Assembly: GCA_023213395.1 (NCBI GenBank)
Contig: CM041465.1
Location: 104,663,741 to 104,727,740 of the forward strand
Direction: 5' to 3'
DNA from: Cycas panzhihuaensis
Taxonomy: Eukaryota > Plantae > Cycadophyta
Length of the DNA: 64,000 nucleotides
Shown: one piece after another, positions 13,231 through 27,500 of the stretch
Position numbering within the stretch: the first letter of the stretch is position 1
Layout: each line of letters opens with the position of its first letter
The notes under the pieces: generated by a model
Database searches by the model: none
The model's input: the letters and a program-made list of their open reading frames with translations, nothing else
Told to the model about the DNA's origin: nothing
Position numbers and translations under genes: made by a program

Positions 13231-13797
13231 AGCTAGCCACGTAGGTTGATCCCCTCTCCTAAAAGGTTATTTTGGTTGTCCTCCCTTTTACACCTCTGAA
13301 AATAGGCCACTGATGAGGTTAAACTATGATGACCTAAGCTTTATTTTTGATCCAATTGGTATATCATTTATGATATGGTTTCTTATTGTACTTGGACTAT
13401 GTTTCTATTATATGTTAGGGTGATGAGGCATACCCTCACCCCCCCTCCTTATTTTCTACTACTCTTTTGTTTTCTATAGGGATTAAGATCCTATTCTATT
13501 TTCTAGGGTCATACTACCTACTTAGGTATTGCCATGGGCAACCCCCGGGCCACCTTTCTATCATCTTGTATATGTTTTGGGTCTAGGGCTCTGTACCTTG
13601 AGGATTGAATAAGCCACGCCTCCCTTTCCTCGACCAAACATGCATTTCCCATCCATATGATCTATTGCAACACTCGCCACTCACCTTGGTTACCGACACA
13701 CGAGCTTGGTACACATTTTTACTAATGAGATTGTGTTAATAGAATTCACCATTGTCTAGCACTTCCAAGTGATGAGGTTCTGCTGCCAAGGGGGTAG

Positions 13798-16700
13798 TGT
13801 TTCCTAGCCACTGAGAATGGATTAAGACAAGACCATATGGGTAAGAACATGTATACTCTTATCCCTCTCACTTTATTTTCATTTTATACATTAAGATGAG
13901 TTGTGATTGTGTAGTTGCTTGGCTACTTGGTTTACTTACTTATTCCCTTACCTGTGTGTGTATTCCATGCCTATGACAACCTAGACTCTAGTCTAATGGT
14001 ACCATCGAGCTCCTGTGGTTAATCCCCTCTTGGAAATAGGTTTCTCACATACCTTCGTAATCTAGCTTAGATGATTCTTTGCCTATTCATACTCTCTTGC
14101 AGCATCTTTTCCCATTTTGTATGCCTCGTTTATCCCTTGGTCTGCCAAGGAGAGTTTATTAAGATTTCACATGAAGAGATGCCCTTCATTGCTCATTCCA
14201 TGTGAGATCTGTAGATTATATCCCATTAAGGTTGATTATTTAGGCCTTGTTTGTACCCTAGCGTACATGGTCACCATCATTCCATGGAGTTCTGACTCAG
14301 AGTGATGTGTTTCTTATATGTTTGTAATGACTTTCTACCTGTAGAATAACCTAGAATTAGCCTACAAGTCTTTAGGGATATGTTTCAGGCCCCTCAATGA
14401 TATATCATGCCTTGTTTTACCTCCCTTAATTAATATTTATTAATTTTTATCAAAATCTATTAACTGGTTATTCGCCCATGCCCTTTGTGTCTGCACCACT
14501 TTGATTATTATGCCCCACTAATATATTAGTGGTGTCATGAATTAATTCGTTGTGTGACTGTTATAAGTTTAAACACAACTAGAAATAACTAAAATCACAT
14601 TTATTGCAAGCTTGACACAATCTCTAGCCTCAGGACTAGCCTAGACCGAGCCCTAATGGTCCTGAGACCTCACCTAAACCATAAAAACCTCAATTCAAAC
14701 TGATTTTCTCTCTTCTTCAACTCAATTTTTCTACTAAACTACATATTTATCTAAAAAAAACTCTCATCGTCTTGAGATTTGCTGGCAGTTCACACACAAA
14801 ACAACACTGGCAAGGGAAAGTAAGCAGGATCAAGCTCAACGATAGCACTAAATCAACCCCAAGCTATCAAGTCATAAAGAAGAGTTGGTTTTTCTTCCCA
14901 ACACATAAATTTCTTCTACAAACCTCTCAATTTCTTAGCTTAAGACATCCTTCTACCTCAACTTCTCCACCGTCCAAAAGGTAAGCTATTTTGCTATGTT
15001 TTTTGTTACTGAACACCTAAGTTTCATTTCATTCTTTTGATTAACTACTGTGCTTCTTAACAATTTTCAGATTTGGAAACCTATTTTCATGTTCATTAGG
15101 AGTAAATCTACCACAAATCTTAGAGGTAGCCCCTCCACCTACTATAAAACCTCTAGTTTCATCCTCCAAGTCATTAGTTTTTGGTAAGGAGAGGATAAAA
15201 GTGGATAGAGGAGATTATAGGAAGGACTTTAGGATTGAGTTCTGACTATAAAAGACCTTTCTACTAGGGTAATCCCCTCTTCAATGCGAGCTAATATCCC
15301 TCTCCTTCACACCTTAACTAGTGCACTACTTGGATGCAAAACTTGTAGCTTTCCTCCTTGGTGATCTGTCACCCCACCTCAACACTTTTTACCCCTAAGA
15401 GACTACCACCTGGTTGTGAGGCCCGATTTGTCCATTTAGGAGAAACCTAGATTGTAGTGGAGCTCACCATTTTGAGGCAACACTCCCACTCTTTCCTACC
15501 TCTTGTGTCTCCCACATGTTGCATGTTGTATGTCATACTAGATAGAAAAATATTGTTTGAGATCTAGTTCTACCATTACACAACTAAACAAATGTCCCAA
15601 ACATCTTTTATTAGTAGGTTGGCATACATATATGAATATTTGTTATTTGTAAAAGTTGTTTATTATGTGTGATTTAGGTGGAGGCGGACCCGTCTGCAAA
15701 CCAAGCGATTTCTACCAAGAGGTAACATTGTTTCTTGTTTTGATTTATGTTGCACTTTCCTTTTTGTTACTCTTTGTTTTTCAGTTTCGTTTATCTAAAC
15801 TTGGGTAAGGTAAGGAAGCCCCACTCAAGGTTCATCAATGACATTCACGACAATAAGGGGAGTGGAGTTACCAGCAAGGAGGATGTGTGAAGAAGAGTTG
15901 TTCTGTTGCATCAAATGTCATGAAACTAGGTGCATTCCACTCAACTTTTTCTCCCCTTGCCTTTCTACACCCCCCACCCCCACTCCCCCCCCCCTGCTTT
16001 CTATCCTAAAAGGAAAAGAAAACATAATAAAACGGAAAGTGTCTCATTTCTTTTCTTGCTTGTTTGTGCATCTTGCATAGAAAAGAAGCATAGGGTAAAT
16101 AAACCACCCCCCTTTGTCCCTTTGTACATGAAAGGAAAAGCTTGCATGTTTCCCTTTTCATCTAGCCTTGTATATTGCATTTAGGAAAGAAAACTAAAAG
16201 TACTTTAAGTCTTTTCTTACACAAGTAAGAAACATTGTAGGACCCCACTCCATCTGTTGCATCATAAAGGAAACTAGTTACAAGTAGGTAGACATCATAT
16301 TCTCCCTTTTTTCTCTTGAAAAACCTCCCCCTTTTGAGAGAAAAAGAATTAAGAGCAAGGGAGAGTGGTTAGTTCACTTTGTTGTCATCTTTTATTTGCA
16401 TCATAAATGTTATAATAATTAAACATTGTAATAATCATTGATTAGAGATAAACCTACCTTGCAACAAGCAAATAAGCACCAACCTACCTCCCTTCTTCTT
16501 GCAACCTGAGGAGAAGCTTAAAACCTAGCTGCAACCAAATGACAGCAACATTTTTGCACCTCTCTGAACCTAGTTTCTTATGCCTTGATGCCATAAACCC
16601 TAATGTCTTAAGGGCAATCCTTTAGGCACCAAACCAATTACCTTGGACCCCTGTTTGTAATAAACCATAAGCGACTAATCCTCCTACCTATGCTTGCTCC

Positions 16701-17102
16701 TTCTTGTCATCAAACTAACAAATAAATGGACAAGTAGAAGCTAAGAAAATCAACAACCATTACCCCTTCTTCTCATCTCTAGGGTTCCTTTCCATAAGGA
16801 CCATTGCTCTTTCATCTCCTTCTCAAAAGGAGATCTTTTTCACCCTCTTTTACCTTAAGGGTAGGAGAGCCCTACCTTGGCTACGCAGTAACCTAAGGAT
16901 GCCTTTGTCACCCCCCTCTATTTCGCATCAAGGAGACCCCTTGGAAGAGAAGCAACTAACACACAGTTGTGGGTCCTCGAACCTACGTTCCAACATGCAT
17001 ATGCACTTTGAGGGTATCTTGGCCACGTTCCCCCCTCCCATTCATAGCCTCCATAGCTAGTAGGGTAGTTAAGACCTAGTAACCCCTAGAGGTGTGCTTC
17101 CA
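13798..17102 (+). repeat. T1 3' LTR (~3.3 kb)
   Basis: Follows PPT; starts tgtttcctagc and ends gtgtgcttcca; homologous to rc of 960-4076. Confidence 0.8.
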
Positions 17103-17453
17103 GTAGCAGGTGGTAGACACATGCATTTCTATATTAAGATGCTTTGAGGGCAAAGAATCTTAGGGGGGGAGGGCATGCGGTGAGCCTTCACCACATGTTA
17201 GAGGGTTAATAAGTTAAGGAGGATAAATTTAGGAGTATTTAATAATAGGAAAAATGTATGATTGGTTATCTTATTGGTAGAATAATGTAATAAATATGAC
17301 ACCCCCACCTCATGTAAGTAGATGTTGATTAATATAATTCTATTGGGGTTTACTTTATTATCCTTTGGTTCTCTTTTAGTGCTCTTCACTTCCATCTTCC
17401 ACTCCATCCACCTCCACTATTTCTGGTTTATCTTGATCTTCTTTTGTATATCA
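17103..17453 (+). mobile_element. 3' end of a chromovirus-type Gypsy X (pol terminus, PPT 17162-17175, ~280-bp LTR from 17176)
   Basis: ...KML/EGKES*GGRA pol end and aggggggagggca PPT resemble F's end at 53950-53985; LTR right boundary (tatca) is uncertain. Confidence 0.55.
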
Positions 17454-17736
17454 TAGAAGTAACAAGGGCAAGTTAGTTATGATGTTTTATTATGTGTCCC
17501 TTCTCACATGTTTATTTATACTTGGTGGATATGCAAGCATACATATACCCTCCTTTATAAGATCTAGGTGGTAATGCTTATTGGACTTGTGCAATTTGTA
17601 TATTCTCTTTTGTTTCACATGATGTAAATCATCCCTTTTTCTATGTGAGTAATACATCTTTGGTGTTAGAGCTAGGTTTTGATTGATATAATTATGATCA
17701 TTATGGAGTAAAAGTATTTTCTTTGTCATTCATATA

Positions 17737-18878
17737 ATGGTAATACATGTTATAAGGGGAGGACTGACAATTACAAACTATGAAATTGAAGTTTTACAAA
17801 GGAGATGGAAATAAATAGATATAAGCATAAGCTTCTATATAAATAGGGTTTTAAACTAGAAGTAGAAGTTCATAAGGAAGAAGAACATCAATTATATGAT
17901 ATTCGTGGGTTGCTCATTCAAATTTTATAAGAAAAGAAAAAAATTACCAGAAGGATAGAGATTCCAAATTTCGTTGGTAGATTGAAACCATAAAAAGTAT
18001 TAGATTGGATCAATATTATAAAGAAGTACTTTGAATGGGAAGAACATATAGAGATAAAGACAATAAAATTTGTAATAATTAGGTTGAAGGGACATGTTTC
18101 CATTTGGTAAGAGCATTTGCATAAAGAGTAGATTTGAAAAGGGAAGGAAAAGATCAAATCCTAGAATAAAAATGGTGTCATGAATCAAGGGGAAGTTTGT
18201 GTCACTTGATTGTGGATAGAGTTTTTTCCACAAGTTTTAGAAGTTGCATCAAAGAGACAAGAGTATTAAGGAACATACTATAGAGTTTTGTAAGTTGCAC
18301 ATAAGGACAAAGCGAGAAAGAAATGTAGAACAATTGACAGTGAGGTACATGAATGCCATAGCTTATGCCATTCAAGATGAGTTAACCATGCACATAATTA
18401 ATACAATTGAGGAAGCTTATCAATAGGTGTTGAAGGTAGAAGATAAATTAGCTAGAAGTACAACTAAGAGATTAGGGTCAAAAGGAGAAAACTTTAACAC
18501 AAAGAGGAAGAGGTAAAAGTAGGACATTCAACCATGAAAACACCCTTAGGATTAGATGAATAGAGCCACCCAAACTTGAGGTTGAATGGGAAAAATGAGG
18601 TGGAATTATTACACCATAAAAGAGTGGAGAATGAGGAGATTTTATACCTCCAAGAGGTAGGGATTTTAGAGGTAGGTTTAATCTCTAAGGGAGTCCTTAC
18701 CTGCTTTTGATGTTGTTAAGCAAAACATAGGGTGTTTAAGTGTTTAGGTAGGAATGTTGATAAACTCTAAAGGAGAAAAAGGCCTAATATTACTCTTGTT
18801 TAGGAGGAAGGGTAAATAAATGTTTCTATATTGTTTACTTTAGGTAGCATAGAAAATTACATGTTGCTTGATGCCAAC
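17737..18878 (+). pseudogene. gag: D gag remnant
   Basis: IEIPNFVGRLKP*KVLDWI...RLKGHVSIW; LHQRDKSIKEHTIEF; decayed zinc knuckle at ~18700-18745. Confidence 0.8.
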
Positions 18879-19780
18879 TATTAAAGTAATGTTTTATTTA
18901 AGAATACTTAAAGATCTATTTCTAATGTACAAGGGTTGGTGGCATTCCCTCTTTTATAAGTCTATGACAAGTGGCACACATGCATTCGCATCTGTTAAGG
19001 GCACATGTATAATATGTAGTATTTATTGAAATGATTTCTCTCATTGATTCATTAAACAATATATAAACGTTATTTCTTTATATGGTATCAAAGTAAGTTT
19101 CTCTGTTCAATCAAATCCTATCTAGGTTTTAGGGTTTTTGGAGAAGAGTTATGAGAATTCAAATATTTTTCATCTAATTACTTCCTATGAAGAAGTTTAA
19201 TTAAGAAGGTAACATTTTCTCACTGTATGGACTCAATATATGAACTTGTATGGACCTGTATGAGCATAAACATTTTAAAGTACTTACAATTTACTCAAAT
19301 TTCACCAACAGAGATGTTTTGAGGAGATGAACGATCTTTCCTAAAGGTCGATTCCCAAATTCATTTATTTAAGGGGTCTTTTCTTAAAAATTTAGAAATC
19401 GTAGGCATGGGTGATCTTCTACAAATGTCTTTCGAACGAAGGTATCAAATTGAGTAATATCAATCTTAAAATCTTCCTTTCGTTAATATGATTCTTTTAA
19501 GACTAGTATTGAAGAATTTCAACAAGATTTGAAGAATTTACAAGCATTTTTAGGTAAAAAATCCTAGCATGGGTTTTCCTTTTTGAGCTAGTTTCTAAAA
19601 ATTCTATAGGCTATTTTTGAAAATTTCTTCTAGATTTAGAATCTATAGACTAAGATCTATATTTTGCCTATATTTTTTTTTTAAATCCATACATTCTCAT
19701 TCTTTTGTAGAAATTCATACAGTTGCACTGTTGTATGGCTAAACAATTTTATCAAATCTTAGTATCTTATTTTTTTAGAA

Positions 19781-22700
19781 ATGGCCTCATCTATAGTTTC
19801 TCTTAGAGAAGTAGATAAGATTATAGGGATGAATTATAACACCTAGAAGATAAAAATTAAAGGGCTCTTAAGAGCCAAAAATACATGGAAAATTGTGACT
19901 AGAGATGAACAAAAACCAAAGACATTATTGATATGATAAATTGGGAAGAAAGAGATAATCAGGCCATAGCAACCCTAAAGCTCTTAATCTCAAATTCCTT
20001 GTTAATACACATAGATGTTGTGAATTCTTCTACAAATATTTGGAAGATTATGACCTCCCTATTTAGCTAAAGAAATGAGGCTAGAATAATTGATTTAAGA
20101 GGAGAGATTTATAAACTTCATATAAAGGAAAGGCAATCAATTTTTGAATTTATCTCTAAGGTTACTTTTGTTAAAAATGACCTTGTTATAATAGGGGATA
20201 TAATTATATATACTAAATTTATTTAGTTGGTCATTAATAAGTTACTAAAGTCTTTTGATAACATGGTTAATACCCTCACCATTGGAGGTCATACTACTAA
20301 TATGACCTTTGAGATTTTAATAGGGCATATGCTTCACTAGGAGTAGAGAAATAGAAGATATGAAGAAGAAACTGAGATAGAGGAAGCGTTTTTTCTACAA
20401 ACTTAGTCTTGGAAGTTGAGGTCAGGGTTAGTATCCTTCAAGAGGACATGACAGATTCTTCAGGGCACCTTCTACACAAAGAAGAAACTAGTTAGAAAAT
20501 CATACTAGATCATAAGAAGGAAGAGGAAGAACTAGATCAATTCCACCTAAAGATTCTAGAGTCTATTTTAATTGTGGCAGATAAAGATATTTTTTAAGTG
20601 ATTATTGAGCCTTTGATGTCTACTATCACTACAAATAATTCACACATTATCCACATCAATTTCCTAAAAATGGTGCTAAATTTTAGAGAGGGAAAAGAGT
20701 TGTAGGAAATTATAGCAAGGAACAAAGTGTAAAAGAAGAAGAGGAGGAAATAATACTTATTGTTGCTTTGGCCATAAGCCTTAATTCAAAGGATGATTGG
20801 TATATCAACTTAGGAGCATCAAACCATATGATGAGATGCGAAGAATGGTTTGAGTCTCTAAAATCATACCCATTTAATAAGTCCATTGAACTGGGTGGAA
20901 ACTATCCACTCCATATCTAAGGTATCAGAGTAATTGCTACAAAAATTGATGGAAAAATAAAAAAGATTACAAATATACTTTTTCTACTCAATATAAAGAA
21001 AAATATGTTGTCTGTAGCTTAGTTAAAAAGAAAAAAACTATGAGTTATCTTTGATAAAGATGGGTGGTGTCTTATTCTTGATATGAAGAAAGGAGGTATT
21101 GTAATTGTAGAAGGAATAGAGAGTAATAATTTATATAAGTTAATCTCTACTCTAATCATACCAAACTCAAATGTAAAAACCTTTGCTACTTTTAGCACTA
21201 CTAACCATGAAATTTGGCATTCCAAGTATGGGCATATCTCAAATGAAAGATTAGAATTATTAAAAAATCTAACATGGTTATTGGACTTCCACATATATCT
21301 TTTAATTCCTTTATATGTAAGAGTTTTATGATGGGAAAACAACAAACAACTCCATTTTAGAAGAGTTCTTGACAAGCTCAAGAAAAGATGGAGCTAATTC
21401 ATACTAATCTCTATGGGCTAATTACACCAAGATCACTCCATGGAGCTCAATACTTTATCACCTTTATTAATAAATTTTCAAGAAAAAATTGGATATATTT
21501 TCTCTTTAGTAGCAAATTATATACACTTGATTACTTTAAAGAATTTAATGTTGAATGAGAATTACAAAATGATTGCAAAATAAAATGTCATCAGTTTGAT
21601 GGGGGAGGAAAATATATATTGCAAGAATGTCATTATTTTTGCCAAATATATGGAATTCATCAATAAGTTACAATGCACTATAGACTGCAATCAAATGGTG
21701 TTGCAAAGTGTATGAATAGAACTATCATGGAGATGGCTCGAAGTCTAATTCAAAATAGATAAGTCAATAAGACATATTAGGTAGAAGTTATCAATAGAAT
21801 AATATATTTAATTAATAGAAGTACAACTTAAGCATTAAACAAGATAACACCTGAGGAGGCTTAGACAAGAAGAAAACTAGGTGTAAGTAATCTTAAAGTA
21901 TTTAGTTGCAAAGATTATGTTCATATTCTAGATCATAAATGAACTAAGCTTGATAAGAAGAGTATAAAATGCATAATGATAGATTACAGTAATAAGTCCA
22001 AAGCATACAGGTGCATAGGCCCCAAAATCAATAAGGTCTATGTTAGCAAAGATGTTGCCTTTGATGAACAAGTAGTCAAAGAAGATTAGATCATTTATCA
22101 ATAAATAGGACATACAAGACCTACAATTTCTATCCTTGATGAAGAAATATGAGAAGTCATATTTATAGATACAAGTAGCCATGAAAGCAAATCGTTTGAA
22201 GGAAATAGACAAGATAATAGTAAAACAAGTCCAAGGTCTAAGGAAGTACAAAACATGACAATGCTTAAGGAAGCACAAAGTAGGGCAATGTCTTCAAAGA
22301 AGTTACCTAATTGTTAGGTCAAGACCATTGAGAAGGCAAAAGGAGATGCGTTCAAATAAGGGACAAGGTCATAGAAGAACCAAGCATTGTTTTGTTTAGT
22401 TAAGCCTCAAACTTATGAAGAAGATAGTCAATATCCTAAATGGAAAACAATAATGGATGATGAAATGGCTTATATCCACAAAAGTGGAATATGGGAGTTG
22501 GTTGAATCCCCAAAGAATAAACCCATTATTGAGTATACATGGGTATATAAAGTTAATGGGAAATTAGATAAAACAATTGAAAAATATAAAGCTAGACTAG
22601 TAGCCAAAGGGTATACTCAAATTATTGGTATAGATTATGATAAGACTTTTTTACCTATTATAAAATTAAATACTATAAGGATAGTCATTGCACTAATAGC

Positions 22701-23834
22701 ATAACAAAACTAAAATATCATCCAACTTGATATTAAAAGTGCATTTCTAAATGGAGATCTAAAAGAAGAAGTATATATGGAGCAGCTAGTTAGATACACA
22801 AAAACTAATGAAAAACATCTTGTTTGCAAATTGAAAAAGGCCATGTATGGCTTGAAACAAGCTCTAAGAGTTTGGTATACCAAGCTAGATAGATATCTCA
22901 TATAAAATAGCTTTAATAGGTGTGGATCTAACTCAAGGTTATAGGTTAAATTTAGCAAAAGGTTGATCGTATCATTGTCATATATGTCAAAGATATAAAT
23001 CTCACAAGAAGCGATAATGAGTCTATTGGAACAATAAAATCTTAGTTAAAAAGTGTTTTTGAGATGACAGATTTAGGCCTTCATTATTATCTTAGAATTA
23101 AGGTAAACCAATAAAATGGCTCAATTTTCATATCCCAGTCTAAATATGTTTAAAATATTTTAAAAAGATTCAAAATGAATAACTATAATAGCTATGCTAC
23201 ACCAATGGAAATAGGTTGTACTCTAACCAATGATGCAAATGGGCATTCAGTAGATACAACTCTGTATAAGTAACTAGTAGGGAGTCTAATTTATCTCACT
23301 ACTACTAGACCTGACATTTCATACATAGTTGGAGTTATCTTTAGGTACATAAAGGAGTTCAAGTTATTATACTAGAATTCTATAAAGAGAATACCTAGGT
23401 ACATAAAAGGAACACTAACTCTAGGGCTAAAATATATCAAGACAAAAGGTATGTAACTAGTTGGGTATATTGACTCAAATTGGGAAGGAGATAAAGAAGA
23501 TAAAAAGTCTACAACTGAGTATTACTTCTTGATTAGTTTAATAGTTCCTTCCTAGAGTTGTAAAAAGCAACCAATTATTGCTCTATCTTCTACTGAAGTA
23601 GAATATAAGTTAGTAGTCAATATAGCCTATGAAGTTCTTTGGATCAAACAACTATTAAAAGATCTAAAACAGGAACAGAATACTCCAACCATTCTCTTCT
23701 GTGATAAATAGAGTGTTATAAAAATGACTCAAGATCTTATGTTCCATACAAGGACAAAATATATAAATGTTTATCATCACTTCATAAGAGAGAAGGTTTA
23801 GAATAAGGAGTTGGAACTATTACATTGTACCTTT
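19781..23834 (+). pseudogene. gag-pol: B gag-PR-INT-RT-RH remnant (RH end resumes at 29231-~29330)
   Basis: WYINLGASNHM, WHSKYGH, YKARLVAKGYTQIIGIDYDKTF, QLDIKSAFLNGDLKEEVY, SSTEVEY. Confidence 0.9.
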
Positions 23835-24547
23835 TATTGAGAAAACTAGGTCCCAATAACTAGAAATTGCCACCAAGATCTAAAATATTTTACTACTAGT
23901 TAAAGGAAATGAAACTAAAATTTAACATATAAGTTCTTAAACTAGAGATAATATAATAAATAAATCAGAAAGCCAAAGCATCACATATATACCAAATATA
24001 ATACGATAAAACCCTAGCAGTGTGGTAGAGAAACATCCACACAAGAAAGATACCGATCTTTTATTATCCAATAATGGAGAAATATATATAATCTGTAGCA
24101 GAATACTCATAACAACAACATTCAACCACCTCTTCTCAATATAATATATCAAATACCATTAACATAATGAAAAAGCACCCTAAATTAAGCTATATGAGAG
24201 AATCATACAAGGCACAAATCTCAACCATAAAATTTTGGGTATTTTAAATGAATGACTCTAATTCTCTTTACAATTTAGTATGTTTTACAACCCTAGTCTT
24301 TTTTTTTTTTTGCTTTTTGAGTTTAGGGCTACTACCCCCGAACCCCCTCTTTGTAGGGGGGTTCTAGGTCCCCCCACATCCCTTAGCCAAGGGGGGCTTT
24401 CACTCCACTTGGATCCCTCACAGAAGTTTAGGGGATAAACCACACTACTAACCTATGAAAATTTTTACCCCCAAAATATTATTGTCATATTATCTAATAA
24501 TCTCCACCTTGACAACAATTTACTTGATACCTTTCCTGGACCATTCA

Positions 24548-27500
24548 TCACCTTTTTTTGCAAACTAAGAGAAGTCAAGCACCATGAATAGTACTGATTT
24601 TGTGAACATGTTAGCATAATTCTATTTTATGTTAACTTTCTTAAGTGCTACTCCACCTACTTCCACAACTTGTCTAATATAATGGTACTTAAGAGCAATA
24701 TGCTTTGTCTTATTATGATAAGCTAGATTCTTTGCTAAGTAAATAGCATTTTGACTATCACAAAATACCTTTACCTTTTCCTACTTCTTTCCAAGATCAA
24801 CTAATAGACCCTATAACCAGATTACTTCCTTACAAGCATGTGTTGTAGTAACATATTATGCTTCTATAGTCGATAATACAATTAAACTATATAATATTGA
24901 CATCTAACCAATCAGACCATTTGCAAGAGTAAACACATAACTTAAAGTAAACCTTCTCTTATCTAAATCTCCTACAAAGTTAGAATCAATATATCTATAA
25001 ACCTGATTACCTATACCACCAAAGATGATGCAATAGTCACTTGTGTCCCTTAAATACCAAAGCACCCATTTCACTACTGCCCAATGTTCCCTTCTTAGAT
25101 TTGCTATAAACCTACTAACTACACTGACTGCATGTGAAATGTCAGGTCTTGTACATACCATGGCATATATCAAACTTCCTATTGCATTGGCATAAGGTAC
25201 ATGAGACACATAATCCTTTTGTTCTTCATTACTAGGACCCATACTTGAAGAAAACTTGGAATGAGAAGCTAATAGGATACTCACTATTTTTACATTTATC
25301 ATACCAAATCTGGTTAGTACCTTCTTTATATATTTTTGCTGTCATAACCATAGCTTACCATTTTTTTTGTCTCTATGTATCTCCATGCCTAAGATTTATT
25401 TTTCATCTCCTAGATCCTTCATATCAAAAGTCCTAGCTAATTGAGCCTTTAACTTGTTGATTTCTGCCATACTCTTATTTGCAACTAGCATGTCATCAAT
25501 ATACAATACCAAGGTAATAAATAAGCCATTGTCTAAGAATTTAAAGTAAACACAATAATCATACTCACTTCTTTTGAAATTTTGGATTTTCATAAAGGCA
25601 TCAAACTTTATGTACCATTACTGAGGTGATTACTTCAGGCCATACAATGATTTCCTAAGCCTACAAATAAGTGTTTTTTTGCCATCCTATAGAAACCCTT
25701 TTGGTTGATTCATATAGATCTCCTTATCTAAATCTCCATGCAAAAAAGTTATTTTTACATCTAAATTCTCTAACTCCAAATCAAGAGAAGCTACTAATGC
25801 TAATAGAACCTAAATTAAAACAAGTTTAATAACTGGTGAAAAGATCTCATGAAAATCAATACTTGCTTTCTATGCAATGCCTTTAGCCACCAATCTTACC
25901 CTGTATTTGTCAACCTTTCCATCAACATTTGTTTTCTTCTTAAAAACTCACATGCAATTAACAATCTTCCTACCATGTGGAAGTTCTACCAAGTCCTATG
26001 AATTATATTTCTTCAAAACATCTATCTCTTCCTGCATAGCCCTCTTCTACTTCTCACTATGGATATCATCTATTGCTTCCTAATAGCATGTAGGCTCACC
26101 ATCATTAGAAACCAAAGTATTAGAAATAGAAGGGTTATACTTGTTAGGTGGATGACTAACTCATGTAGATCTTCTAATAGTTGGTGGAGGAGTATCCACA
26201 TACTCCTATAAATCTACTATAAATTCATCTTCAAATAGCTCTTTCTACATTTTCATTTCCAAAGATGGCTAGGACTCAAGCTTAACCTATTGATATTTAA
26301 CTTTCTGCTCTTATTTTACTTTAACTTCTATACTATCTAATTTTAGAAAAGGAGATTCATCAAACGTAACATCTATATTAATAGTAATTTTATAGGCTAT
26401 AGGATCCCATAACCTGTATCCCTTCATACCATCTCTATCACCATAACTAACAAAGATACATCTCTTAGATTTTAGGTCTAACTTTGAATTTGACTTTTAT
26501 TAGTTAAAGCATAAGCATCATAATAAAAAACTTTCAAATTTGAATAGTCATATGGATGTCTAGCCCACACCCCTTCATGAACCTTAAAGTCTATTGCAAG
26601 TGATAGTGACCTATTTACCAAATAACAAGATGTTTGAATAACTTCTGCCCATAAGCCTTACTCCACACCTATATTACTCAGCATGCTTCTCACTCTTTCT
26701 AAGAGTGTCATGTTCATGTGCTTAGTTATACCATTTTGCTGTAGAATATAGCTAGTGGTTTTATGCTTTTTGATCCTAACTTCTTTATAATAGTTTCCAA
26801 ACTTGAAGGAGTTAAACTCACCTCTATTGTTAGTTCTTAAATATTTGATTGACCTGCTAGTGTTCTTCTCAACCAGAGCCTTAAATTCCTTAAACACACT
26901 AAAAACTTCAGATTTTTTTTTCAAAAAATAGACCCATACCTTTATGGAATAATCATCTATAATTGTGACAAAGTATAATGATCCTCCATAAGATATTATA
27001 GGGGCTAGTCCCCATATATCTAAATGTACATAATCTAGAACACCTTTACTAGTGTGACTCCCTACTTTAAACTTGAGTCTATACTACTTTCTAAAAATAT
27101 AATATTTATAAAAAGTCAAATCTGAAAGCTACAAGTTAAGAAGCAACTTACAGTTCATGAGCACCTCAAGTCCTCTCTCACTTATGTGCCTAAATCTTTG
27201 ATGCCATAATTAAGCTGGATCTTCTACAGTCTTTGATATTGTAGTTGCATAGCTGAAATTTATACTTCCCACCAAAATATAAAGGTTTCTTTTCTTTAAG
27301 GCTTTCATAACAACCAAGGTGTCTTTTGACACCTTTAAGACTCCTTCATGACCTGTGTACTTATAACCACTAGAATCTAGTTTACCTAAGGAAATTAGAT
27401 TCATTTTTAGATCAGATCCATATATTATTTCAGCTAATGTTTTCACTATACCATCAAATATTTTAATTATGATACTATAAATGACCACTATCTTATAGGA

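Larger units (their letters stand above)
6823..17102 (+). mobile_element. Ty3/Gypsy Tat-type element T1 (gag-PR-RT-[RH/INT deleted]-aRH); 5' LTR interrupted by A1
   Basis: LTR tail 6823-6983, Arg-type PBS 6985-7002, gag/PR/RT remnants, aRH, PPT aagggggtag at 13788-13797, long 3' LTR. Confidence 0.85.

Noticed and set aside
13311-13345. Hammerhead ribozyme (ctgatgag)
   Set aside because: No stem II followed by GAAA and no closing stems
17111-17125. tggtagacac as the start of a Tat LTR or a PBS
   Set aside because: The following sequence reads better as a chromovirus pol end plus PPT; not fully excluded
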